Assembly: GCA_963663405.2 (NCBI GenBank) | Contig: CAXXSM010000073.1 | Location: 53,388-117,387 of the forward strand | DNA from: a bacterium | GTDB taxonomy: Bacteria > Hinthialibacterota > Hinthialibacteria > Hinthialibacterales > Hinthialibacteraceae | Direction: 5' to 3' | Length of the DNA stretch: 64,000 bases | In this document: piece after piece, positions 42,609 through 51,063 of the stretch | Layout: each line of letters starts with the position of its first letter | Position numbering within the stretch: position 1 is the stretch's first letter | Made by a program: the position numbers and the translations under genes | Notes under the pieces: generated by a model | Told to the model about the DNA's origin: nothing | The model's database searches: none | What the model saw: the letters and a program-made list of their open reading frames with translations, nothing else

Positions 42609-43796
42609 CTATTCCAATTGCTTATACAGGATTTGCGCGAATTTGACTATCTCTGGATTCGAGTGGTTCCGCATTTGAAGAATGAGATCCAGGGAATCGA
42701 TCACCGGATCAAGGTTATCGGCGGCGGTGATAAAATCATCCGTGTGGAAAGGACCGGCTTTGTAAACCTGCACTTTGCGGGCGCCTTTGCCGGATGCGGT
42801 CAGGTCTTCCGATTTCGCGTAGTGCAAACTCCATTCAATCTCGTTATCAATGAATAGTGTCACGTATCGTTCCCGGCGCTTGCCGCTTTCATCCGCGCCT
42901 AGAACGGTTCCAATCCAATCGCCTTTCAGTTTTTTAGTCAATGCATCGAAATAAAGTCGATCCAAAGAAGGCAGATGAATTCGTTTCCGGACGGAAGGGG
43001 GAATGAGTTCCCCGGAAATTTCATCGACTGTCTTATACACGTGTTTGGCGTCGAGACCGGGGATTTCAACAATGGAGAATGTATCATATTCCGTTTGTTC
43101 CGCATGGAATAGTCTCCAATAATCCTCCCCTTCCTGGACGATGGAAAGGACAAAATGGTTTTTCTCGAATTGAGAATTAGGGAGAACACTGCCGGGAAGA
43201 TTTTTCGCCGCTTCATTCCAATTGTGGGCGGTGAATGAAAACATAAACGCAAGATCATGTTCTTGAAAACCGAGGATTCGTAATTCATCCAGCAAACCAG
43301 CGAGAGAATACGTTCCACTTTTATCAACTTCGGGTTCGGAGAGAAGACCGGTTTCATCGGTGGTCACGCAGGTGTAGAGCGAATAAGATCCATCTACCTG
43401 TTTCTCAACAGAATACAGAGCGTCCCATTCGCTATCCGCTTGATCTCCGGGAGCGCCAAGCCAAGTTCCAGGAAGTTTTTGTTTGAGAGTTTCTTGAACA
43501 AGGTCCTCTTTGTGAGGCAGACCGAGAATCCGGCGTTCTTCTTCGGTGATTTCGGGCGTATAACCGGCGCTCTCGTAAAGTTGGTGTAACGTTTGATAAA
43601 CAGAGACGGCGGACAGTGGGTGCGAGTGGAACACGTGTGGCGCTCCGTTTTGTTCTTGAATCGAATGAACGATCCAGCGCGCCGCATCTTGTTTTTCAAT
43701 GCTGACCGCGAGTCCTGAACCTTCCGGGTGCTGATCGTTTAAAAATAAGCCTGGCAGTTGGCCGATGGCCTCCCGCCAATTGATTGCCGCATTCAT
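42609..43796 (-). CDS. Hypothetical protein with an internal tandem duplication
   Basis: Long ORF; two halves starting NWREAIGQLPG and NWNEAAKNLPG; start at ATG 43796 is inferred. Confidence 0.65.
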   Translation of the reverse strand: MNAAINWREAIGQLPGLFLNDQHPEGSGLAVSIEKQDAARWIVHSIQEQNGAPHVFHSHPLSAVSVYQTLHQLYESAGYTPEITEEERRILGLPHKEDLVQETLKQKLPGTWLGAPGDQADSEWDALYSVEKQVDGSYSLYTCVTTDETGLLSEPEVDKSGTYSLAGLLDELRILGFQEHDLAFMFSFTAHNWNEAAKNLPGSVLPNSQFEKNHFVLSIVQEGEDYWRLFHAEQTEYDTFSIVEIPGLDAKHVYKTVDEISGELIPPSVRKRIHLPSLDRLYFDALTKKLKGDWIGTVLGADESGKRRERYVTLFIDNEIEWSLHYAKSEDLTASGKGARKVQVYKAGPFHTDDFITAADNLDPVIDSLDLILQMRNHSNPEIVKFAQILYKQLE

Positions 43797-43912
43797 TTGT
43801 TTATACAGTATCCTTTTTGTGCCGCAAAATCGGTTTGGTTGTTCTGCATTGTATCTCTTAAAAAGGGAGGAAACAACGAAGATATTTCTTTCTACTTTTT
43901 CTGTTTTTATTC

Positions 43913-43940
43913 TTGACAAATACAAGATTCATATTATTGT
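43913..43940 (+). promoter_or_regulatory. Sigma70-type promoter
   Basis: TTGACA-16 bp-TATTGT, preceded by T-rich sequence. Confidence 0.55.
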
Positions 43941-43971
43941 GTAAGTAACGCAGAAAGGAGGTGGTCCACTT

Positions 43972-44037
43972 ATGATAGATGATTATTATGAATGTAAAGA
44001 CACAAGCGTAGGTGGCTGCGGAGGTGAGGAGGGTTAG
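43972..44037 (+). CDS. 21-aa small ORF behind an extended Shine-Dalgarno sequence
   Basis: MIDDYYECKDTSVGGCGGEEG*, preceded by AGAAAGGAGGTGGTCCA. Confidence 0.45.
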   Translation: MIDDYYECKDTSVGGCGGEEG

Positions 44038-44144
44038 AATTTCCTGAATCGAAAGCGGATCAGAATTCCGTATTCGTTTGGGGAATGAAAGGGTAGAGTT
44101 CCATCAAAACTCTCCTGACTCTCTAGTACAAACAGTTAACCGGG

Positions 44145-44180
44145 AAGAAGGCGGTCAAGATTTGGTCGCCTTCTTTTTCT
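44145..44180 (+). terminator. Intrinsic terminator
   Basis: AAGAAGGCGGTCAA-gat-TTGGTCGCCTTCTT stem running into a T-rich tract. Confidence 0.75.
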
Positions 44181-44290
44181 TCTGAGCGGCATTTCTCTTT
44201 CTCTTCCCATATATCGTTCTCTCCAATTCGTTTATGATTAATCATGTGTTTTCCATCCACTCGAATTCTATATACAGATAAGGAGTCATC

Positions 44291-46684
44291 ATGCGCCTTC
44301 ATTCGTTTTATTCAATTCCTGTTCTCGTGTTACTAAGTCTGGTTTGCGGTTTAGTAGCCGCCGCCGATGATGCGGTTTTATTTGATGCGGAGGGGATCGC
44401 GGACGCGCGGATCAATGGATTTTCGGTCGAAAAAATTGGAACCTATACAGTTTGGATCTGGTCGCTTGCCAAGGAAGAAGTGATCGTTGAAATCAATGAG
44501 AAGCGCTTTGTCTCTAAACTGAAAAGCGATGCAGGGGATGGCGTTTATTCATGGAAGCGGCTTGGTTCTGTGGATTTAAACGACTCTGAAACCGCATCGC
44601 TGCGTCTTTATAGCGATGATCTTTCCAAAACACTGAAACCAAAACAGGTGGGATATCTCGCGTTGAATCTACATGCGGATTGGGATCCAGCCGCCTATTT
44701 TGCATTGACTAAAATATTTAACGATTCGGCGCGATCGGTTTCAGACAAACGTCTTGGTATCCTGCGTTCGAATCGGGATTATTATCCCTTTCCAGATTAT
44801 CAAACCAAGGATGAGTGGCTTCAACGAAAACGGGTATTGAAGACTCATCTCCTTAACAGTCTCGGTTTGTATCCTCTGCCGGAAAAAACGCCGTTGAAAG
44901 CGAAAATCTTTGATGTAACCGAACGGGAAGACTACACGGTCGCGAAAGCGTATTTCGAGAGTTATCCCGGTTTTTATGTAACAGGCAATCTATACAGGCC
45001 CAAAGGGAAATCCGGCCCATTTCCAGGCGTGGTATCTCCGCATGGACATTGGAGCAACGGGCGTCTTGAAAATGGGGAGACAGGATCGGTTCCGGGCCGC
45101 GCGATCAATCTCGCCCGGCAGGGCTGCGTTGTGTTTACTTACGACATGGTTGGATACGTTGACAGCAAGCAGATCAACCATCAATTCGGCGGCGAGCGGG
45201 AATGGCTTTGGGGGATCTCGCTGCATGGGCTGCAGCTGTGGAATGGCATCCGCGCAGTGGATTTTCTGCTGACATTGGATGACGTCGATCCAGACCGCAT
45301 CGCCTGCACAGGCGCGTCGGGTGGAGGAACGCAGACGTTCAGCCTTATGGCGGTGGATGAACGGGTGCGCGTGGCCGCGCCGGTGAATATGATCTCCGCG
45401 CATTTTCAGGGTGGCTGTCTCTGCGAGAATGGACCGAATCTACGGTTGGATGCGAACAATGTGGAATTCGGCGCGATGATGGCTCCCCGGCCCTTGCTAA
45501 TGGTTTCCGCTTCAGGGGATTGGACGAATGAAACGCCCCGTGTCGAGTATCCCGCTATCCGGTCGATTTATAAATTATTTGACGCGCCCGATCATGTTTA
45601 TTCCGTACAGATCGACGCGCCGCATAATTACAACAAAGACAGCCGGGAAGCCGTGTACGCTTGGTTTGGAAAATGGCTGCTGGGGGAAGAAAATACAGAA
45701 AAATTGAAAGAAAAAGAATTTACAGTCGAAGAGGATGAAGCCCTGCGCGTCTTCCCCGGTGATCTCCCTGAAGGCGCGGTAGACGCGGAGGAACTTACAG
45801 CGTATTTGAAAAAAATGTCCGAAGCGCAGTTGCAAGAGATATATCCAAATGACGAATCCGCGCTGCTGAGACTGCGCCGGATCGCAGGAACCGCCTTGCG
45901 GCATACCCTCAGCGCCCAGCTCCCGAAACGGAATGAACTTGTCATCGATCGATTGGTGGCGGAAAAGATTCCAGGGGCGTTTGTGGAACGAATGGTAATC
46001 GGCCGTGTGGGGAAAGGCGATCGAATTCCTGGGATTCTGGTGATTCCAAACGATCGAAAAGGATCGTCGTCCGGAACCGTTTTAGTCCATGAAGAAGGCA
46101 AAGCCGCGTTGACGGACTTGGCTTCAGGAAAACCGGGTGGGATTTTGCAGTGTCTCTTGGATGAAGGGCATGCTGTATTCATGCCGGATGTTTTTCTGAC
46201 CGGCGAATTCCATTCTCCATTCGAAAAAGCGATCCGGGATAAAGAGACCGCGCATTTTTTGACTTACAACCAAACGGATACCGCTTTGCGTACGCAGGAT
46301 ATCCTTACATCAATCGCCTTTCTGAATTCCCGCTACGAAGCGGAGACGGTGAACCTTGTGGGAGTGGGAGACGCAGGATTGTGGTGTTTATTAGCGGCTC
46401 CATTGGCCGATTCACTGCATAGTGTTGTTGTGGACGCGGCGGGATTCGATGGCAGTGACGACGCGTATATGAACCGGCTCTACATCCCCGGATTGCGGCG
46501 TGCGGGAGACCTGCGCGCGGCGCAGGCGCTGCTCGCTCCTACGCCATTGGTGATTTATAACACCGGCGGTGTCTTTGACACTGCGTGGGCGCGGAAAGCA
46601 TATGAAACCGCTGGTGTAGAAGAACGCCTTGAAATTCTTGAAGGGCCTGTTGGATTGGATGTTTTAACGAGATCGTTGCGGTGA
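44291..46684 (+). CDS. Secreted alpha/beta-hydrolase (acetylxylan esterase-like), two hydrolase-like halves
   Basis: Signal peptide; PGVVSPHGH, TGASGGGTQT nucleophile elbow, APRPLL and HNY motifs. Confidence 0.8.
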   Translation: MRLHSFYSIPVLVLLSLVCGLVAAADDAVLFDAEGIADARINGFSVEKIGTYTVWIWSLAKEEVIVEINEKRFVSKLKSDAGDGVYSWKRLGSVDLNDSETASLRLYSDDLSKTLKPKQVGYLALNLHADWDPAAYFALTKIFNDSARSVSDKRLGILRSNRDYYPFPDYQTKDEWLQRKRVLKTHLLNSLGLYPLPEKTPLKAKIFDVTEREDYTVAKAYFESYPGFYVTGNLYRPKGKSGPFPGVVSPHGHWSNGRLENGETGSVPGRAINLARQGCVVFTYDMVGYVDSKQINHQFGGEREWLWGISLHGLQLWNGIRAVDFLLTLDDVDPDRIACTGASGGGTQTFSLMAVDERVRVAAPVNMISAHFQGGCLCENGPNLRLDANNVEFGAMMAPRPLLMVSASGDWTNETPRVEYPAIRSIYKLFDAPDHVYSVQIDAPHNYNKDSREAVYAWFGKWLLGEENTEKLKEKEFTVEEDEALRVFPGDLPEGAVDAEELTAYLKKMSEAQLQEIYPNDESALLRLRRIAGTALRHTLSAQLPKRNELVIDRLVAEKIPGAFVERMVIGRVGKGDRIPGILVIPNDRKGSSSGTVLVHEEGKAALTDLASGKPGGILQCLLDEGHAVFMPDVFLTGEFHSPFEKAIRDKETAHFLTYNQTDTALRTQDILTSIAFLNSRYEAETVNLVGVGDAGLWCLLAAPLADSLHSVVVDAAGFDGSDDAYMNRLYIPGLRRAGDLRAAQALLAPTPLVIYNTGGVFDTAWARKAYETAGVEERLEILEGPVGLDVLTRSLR

Positions 46685-46772
46685 TTAGATTAATGTTGTT
46701 GGGATTTAGGCAAGGGTGGAAAAAAGCCTTACCCTTGCTGCCCAGTAATATTATATACGCCTTCATTATTAC

Positions 46773-47933
46773 TTACATTCCCTGAATCCATTTACCTATT
46801 TTGATAACCTGATGAATATCTCCTTCGGGGGAGAGTACATCTCCGATGTTGAGAATGAGACGGCCCTGACTTTCTCGTTCAATCTCTTCGGCCCAGGCGA
46901 GGATTTTTTCATCAGGAATTTTTTGCGCAAAAAGAGAAGCGGGAATACCGCAATAGGCGTATTGTTTATTTCCTAAAGCCGCGCGGAGTTCATGAACGGT
47001 ATAGTTGCTCATCGGCGCCGGCGTGCAGCCGTCGAGTAAGTCTATATCCGTTTTAGGGAGGAGTGTAAAATGTCCATGTATATTTCCATCAACATGAGTG
47101 GAAACATACTTTCCAGCATTGCGCAGTATCGCGCAGGCTTTTTTGTAAATAGGAATGCAGTATTTTTCGTAATGTGGTGGACTGATTAGATGCTCATCGG
47201 CGTGATCGCTGATAATGACAATCCGCGCGGCTGTCTGCGCTGCGGCTTGGATGGTTTCGAAAAACGGTTCGGCCATTTCATCGAGGAATCGTTCCACGGC
47301 GAGGGGCTCATCATGCAGCGCGTAAACGCCGTTGATTAATCCCATCGCGTCGTGGATAAATGTACCGAATGGAGATCGCCCGGCGGTAATGTCGATTACG
47401 CCAAAACCATTCAATGTATCCAGCGCTTTTTGTATTCGCTCTGGATGAACTTCAACTCTTGTATGACGCGCGGCCCAGGCGAGGATTTCCAAATCCTTAA
47501 TGGTTTTGGCAAAATGTTCTGTAATGCAATAACTGCCATCGGCGGCGCGGGTGCGAATTTGCTGAATTGAGCCAAGGTGTGTTGTAAGAATTGTTTTCTC
47601 TAACCGGCCTTCCCGCTGTATCTCTATTTGATAGCCATCACAGATCCGATCGCGCCATTCATAGAGATGAATTGGACATCCCCAACCAAAATTGCGGTAA
47701 AAATCCAGCAGCGTCCAATCTGAGAATTCCGGAGGCATATCAATATTCATATCGTGAAAGGAATCATCGTCATAGATGATCTGACCGGTTTCATAGCGCT
47801 GGTCTTCTCCTGGAGGTGTCCGGCGCGCTTTGTACCAATCCGTGATGTCAGGGAAGAATAATATCCGCCCTGAATGGTTTCCCTCTAAGAATGAAATAAA
47901 ACGCTCCCGCAGTGGTGTGTCATGTTCCTTCAT
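46773..47933 (-). CDS. Uroporphyrinogen decarboxylase / MtaA-CmuA superfamily protein
   Basis: ISPPHYEKYCIP, HVDGN and TPAPMSN motifs. Confidence 0.7.
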   Translation of the reverse strand: MKEHDTPLRERFISFLEGNHSGRILFFPDITDWYKARRTPPGEDQRYETGQIIYDDDSFHDMNIDMPPEFSDWTLLDFYRNFGWGCPIHLYEWRDRICDGYQIEIQREGRLEKTILTTHLGSIQQIRTRAADGSYCITEHFAKTIKDLEILAWAARHTRVEVHPERIQKALDTLNGFGVIDITAGRSPFGTFIHDAMGLINGVYALHDEPLAVERFLDEMAEPFFETIQAAAQTAARIVIISDHADEHLISPPHYEKYCIPIYKKACAILRNAGKYVSTHVDGNIHGHFTLLPKTDIDLLDGCTPAPMSNYTVHELRAALGNKQYAYCGIPASLFAQKIPDEKILAWAEEIERESQGRLILNIGDVLSPEGDIHQVIKIGKWIQGM

Positions 47934-48150
47934 GGATGGATCTTCTCCCCCTTTTTTGAAACGGTGTATTGATTGTAACCGATATCGGGGCGCCGGTCAT
48001 GAGGAAAGAGAAGGAAGAGCGATTGAATGAAATCTATGATTTAATCTAGGTCTTCCGGCTTTGGCTTGAACATCCAAAAAAAGAGGGTAGGATTCTCTCT
48101 CCAGCGTACGGAAGCGTTGAGAGTTTCACTCCTATCATCGAGGTTCATTC

Positions 48151-50139
48151 GTGTCATTAGAAAAAAGTTTAAATCCGCGGCAACGGGCGGCGGTTACGCA
48201 TACAGAGGGTCCATTATTGGTCATTGCGGGCGCGGGCAGTGGAAAAACGCGTGTGATCACCTACCGGATCGCTTATTTAATTCAAAAACAATACGCCGCG
48301 CCGGAAAATATCCTTGGAGTGACGTTCACCAACAAAGCGGCGGCGGAAATGCGGAAGCGGGTGAAGAAATTAATAGGGAAACAGGCGGATGGAGTGACGC
48401 TGAGCACGTTTCATTCACTCGGTCTATCTATCCTGCGCCAGCATGGGAACCGGCTTGGTTACCGCCGGAATTTTACGATTTATGGCGAGGGCGACCAGAC
48501 ATCGCTGGTCAGGACATTGATCCGCGAACATCCGAAGAAGAAAGAAAAATTCGATGCGGGAATTTTGCTCTCCCGCATTAGTTCATATAAGAACGACGCA
48601 GTCGACGCGCGGCGGGATTTTCCCCTTTATAACGATAAATACGACGATGTTCTGCCGGATATTTACGAACAGTATCAACAGGCGCTGCGGGCGTATCAAG
48701 CGGTGGATTTCGATGATCTGATTCTCTTGCCGATCCGTCTTTTTCAGCAGTGTTCTGATGTTCTCGAACAGTATCTGGACCGTTATCGTTATTTATTAGT
48801 CGATGAATACCAAGACACCAACCACGGGCAGTATCGTTTGCTTTCGTTATTGGCTGGCAAGCGGCGCAATTTATGTGTCGTAGGGGATGACGACCAGAGC
48901 ATCTATGGTTGGCGTGGCGCTTTGGTGCGAAATATCCTCCAATTCGACAAAGATTTTCCAAACGCGAAAGTTGTAAAACTCGAACAGAATTACCGCTCAA
49001 CCGGCGTGATTCTCCAAGCGGCGAATCACCTGATCGAGAATAACAGCAAACGGCGCAAGAAAGAACTCTGGACAGACCGGGACCAGGGCCGCAACATCGA
49101 CGCTTTTCTCGCCGTCGACGAAAACGATGAATCAAAAACTATCGCATGGCGCATCGAAACAATCAAAGAACGCATGAACGCCAAATGGCCCGACTTTGCT
49201 GTGCTTTATCGCAGTAACGTCCAATCCCGCGCGCTCGAAAGTGTCTTTCGTGTGGCGGGGATCCCTTATAAAGTGGTTGGGGGATACGAATTTTTTGACC
49301 GGAAAGAGATCAAGGATCTTGTGGCGTATCTCAAAGTAATTCTGAATCCCCATGACGATCTCAGCCTGCTTCGCATCCTCAATTATCCCCGGCGCGGCAT
49401 CGGCGACCGGACAATTGTGGCGTTATCCGATCAGGCGAAAGAGCGGAACGTTCCTCTCTTTGACTATTTGTTGGAAGCGCGGAATGATTCCAATTTAACA
49501 AAACAAAACAGGGAGGGATTGCATTCCTTTACGGAACTTATCGAATCAGTCCGGGCGGAACAGCATACCAGTGATATTCCCAAACTGGTCCGCGCGGTGA
49601 TCGAAGGCAGCGGGTACCGTGAGGAGATCCAGCGCACGATCGATGACGCCATAACGGCCCAGATGAAAATTGACATGGTGGAAGAATTGGCCTCAGCGGC
49701 GGCGTCATATGTCGAGCAGGAGAAAGAAGGAACGCTGCGTGGTTTTATCGATACGATATCGTTGAATGACGATCCATCCGCGAATGGAAATCAACGGAAA
49801 CAATCCGAGGACGCTGTCCTCTTGGCCACGTTGCACAGCGCGAAAGGATTGGAGTTTCCCTATGTGTTTCTGTGTGGTATGGAAGAAGAACTGTTCCCCC
49901 ACGCGCGTTCCATGAAAGACAACGCGAATGTGGATGAGGAACGGCGGTTATGTTATGTCGGAATCACGCGGGCGCGGCGGCATTTAACTTTGAGTTTCGT
50001 CAAAGAACGGAATCAATATGGACGGCGCGTCAAACGAACTCCCTCCCGTTTTCTGCGGGAACTTCCCGAAGAATTGCTCTGTAAACAGTTCAGCCATAGC
50101 CCTCATTTTTTTGATAAACAAAAAAAGTCAACCTCGTGA
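48151..50139 (+). CDS. UvrD/PcrA/Rep superfamily I DNA helicase
   Basis: AGAGSGKT, VDEYQDTN, VGDDDQSIY, LEQNYRS, TLHSAKGLEF and EERRLCYVGITRA motifs. Confidence 0.93.
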   Translation: MSLEKSLNPRQRAAVTHTEGPLLVIAGAGSGKTRVITYRIAYLIQKQYAAPENILGVTFTNKAAAEMRKRVKKLIGKQADGVTLSTFHSLGLSILRQHGNRLGYRRNFTIYGEGDQTSLVRTLIREHPKKKEKFDAGILLSRISSYKNDAVDARRDFPLYNDKYDDVLPDIYEQYQQALRAYQAVDFDDLILLPIRLFQQCSDVLEQYLDRYRYLLVDEYQDTNHGQYRLLSLLAGKRRNLCVVGDDDQSIYGWRGALVRNILQFDKDFPNAKVVKLEQNYRSTGVILQAANHLIENNSKRRKKELWTDRDQGRNIDAFLAVDENDESKTIAWRIETIKERMNAKWPDFAVLYRSNVQSRALESVFRVAGIPYKVVGGYEFFDRKEIKDLVAYLKVILNPHDDLSLLRILNYPRRGIGDRTIVALSDQAKERNVPLFDYLLEARNDSNLTKQNREGLHSFTELIESVRAEQHTSDIPKLVRAVIEGSGYREEIQRTIDDAITAQMKIDMVEELASAAASYVEQEKEGTLRGFIDTISLNDDPSANGNQRKQSEDAVLLATLHSAKGLEFPYVFLCGMEEELFPHARSMKDNANVDEERRLCYVGITRARRHLTLSFVKERNQYGRRVKRTPSRFLRELPEELLCKQFSHSPHFFDKQKKSTS

Positions 50140-50286
50140 ATTACTGGTTTCTGCTATCCAGTAAGATTGAAAGTGTGGAATGACTCTTTCCTTCCCGCAC
50201 TAGCTGCGGTAGTATCGTATTCGGTGTTGAAACAGGATATATCGAACACTCGAAAAATTATTTTATGAAGTATGAAAGGAAAAAGG

Positions 50287-50985
50287 ATGAAACTGTTACG
50301 TCTGTTATCGATCGCTGGATTTATAGTGCTACTGCTTGGCTCTGGCGTGTTGGCGTCGGAAAAAGAAGGATTAACCAAAGCGCCGGCAGGCGGGGATTGG
50401 ACTTCTCTCTTCAATGGGGAAAACTTGAAAGGCTGGCATTTGAAAGTCACACCGGACGAACATAATCGAATGAGCTGGGCGGCGCTCAATGGTGTCCTCG
50501 TCAATGTTCCACCTCAGAAAGAAGGGGAGCATGGCATTGATCTGGTCAGTGATGTGAAACTCGGCAGTCACGAACTGTATGTCGAATTCCTGGTTCCCAA
50601 AGGCAGCAATAGTGGAGTGTATCTTATTGGGCAATATGAAATTCAAGTCTATGATAGTTATGGCCAAAAAACTCCTTCTTCAGGTGATTGCGGTGGAATT
50701 TATGGAAAAGTGGCGCCGAGTTCAAACGCTTCCCTCCCTCCTGGATATTGGCAATCCATTCATGCGGTGTTTCACAAAGCGAAAGTCCGGAATGGGAAGG
50801 TCGTTGAAAAACCCCGGATCACCGTCTATCACAATGGCGTGAAAGTCGTCGATGACGCGGCGATTGAAGGAGTGACCGGCGCCGCTTTGGACGGAAATGT
50901 CATTGAAGAAGGCCCCACGTATCTCCAAGGGAATCATGGCACAGTTCTTTACCGGAATTTATATTACAAACCGATTGAAGATTGA
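50287..50985 (+). CDS. DUF1080 (3-keto-disaccharide hydrolase) secreted protein
   Basis: WTSLFNGENLKGW, NSGVY, YEIQVYDS and LQGNHG motifs. Confidence 0.85.
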   Translation: MKLLRLLSIAGFIVLLLGSGVLASEKEGLTKAPAGGDWTSLFNGENLKGWHLKVTPDEHNRMSWAALNGVLVNVPPQKEGEHGIDLVSDVKLGSHELYVEFLVPKGSNSGVYLIGQYEIQVYDSYGQKTPSSGDCGGIYGKVAPSSNASLPPGYWQSIHAVFHKAKVRNGKVVEKPRITVYHNGVKVVDDAAIEGVTGAALDGNVIEEGPTYLQGNHGTVLYRNLYYKPIED

Positions 50986-51063
50986 GCCGGTTCAGAGCGG
51001 AATATGGCCGTTTGTGTTTCCAGTAGCGGTCACGATTATTTGTTTCTGTGAATTCTTGTGTGA

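Noticed and set aside
43952-43968. Possible 16S rRNA gene fragment on the minus strand
   Set aside because: Similarity stops after 17 nt with no helix 45 or 44 sequence, so it is not an rRNA gene; kept as a finding instead.
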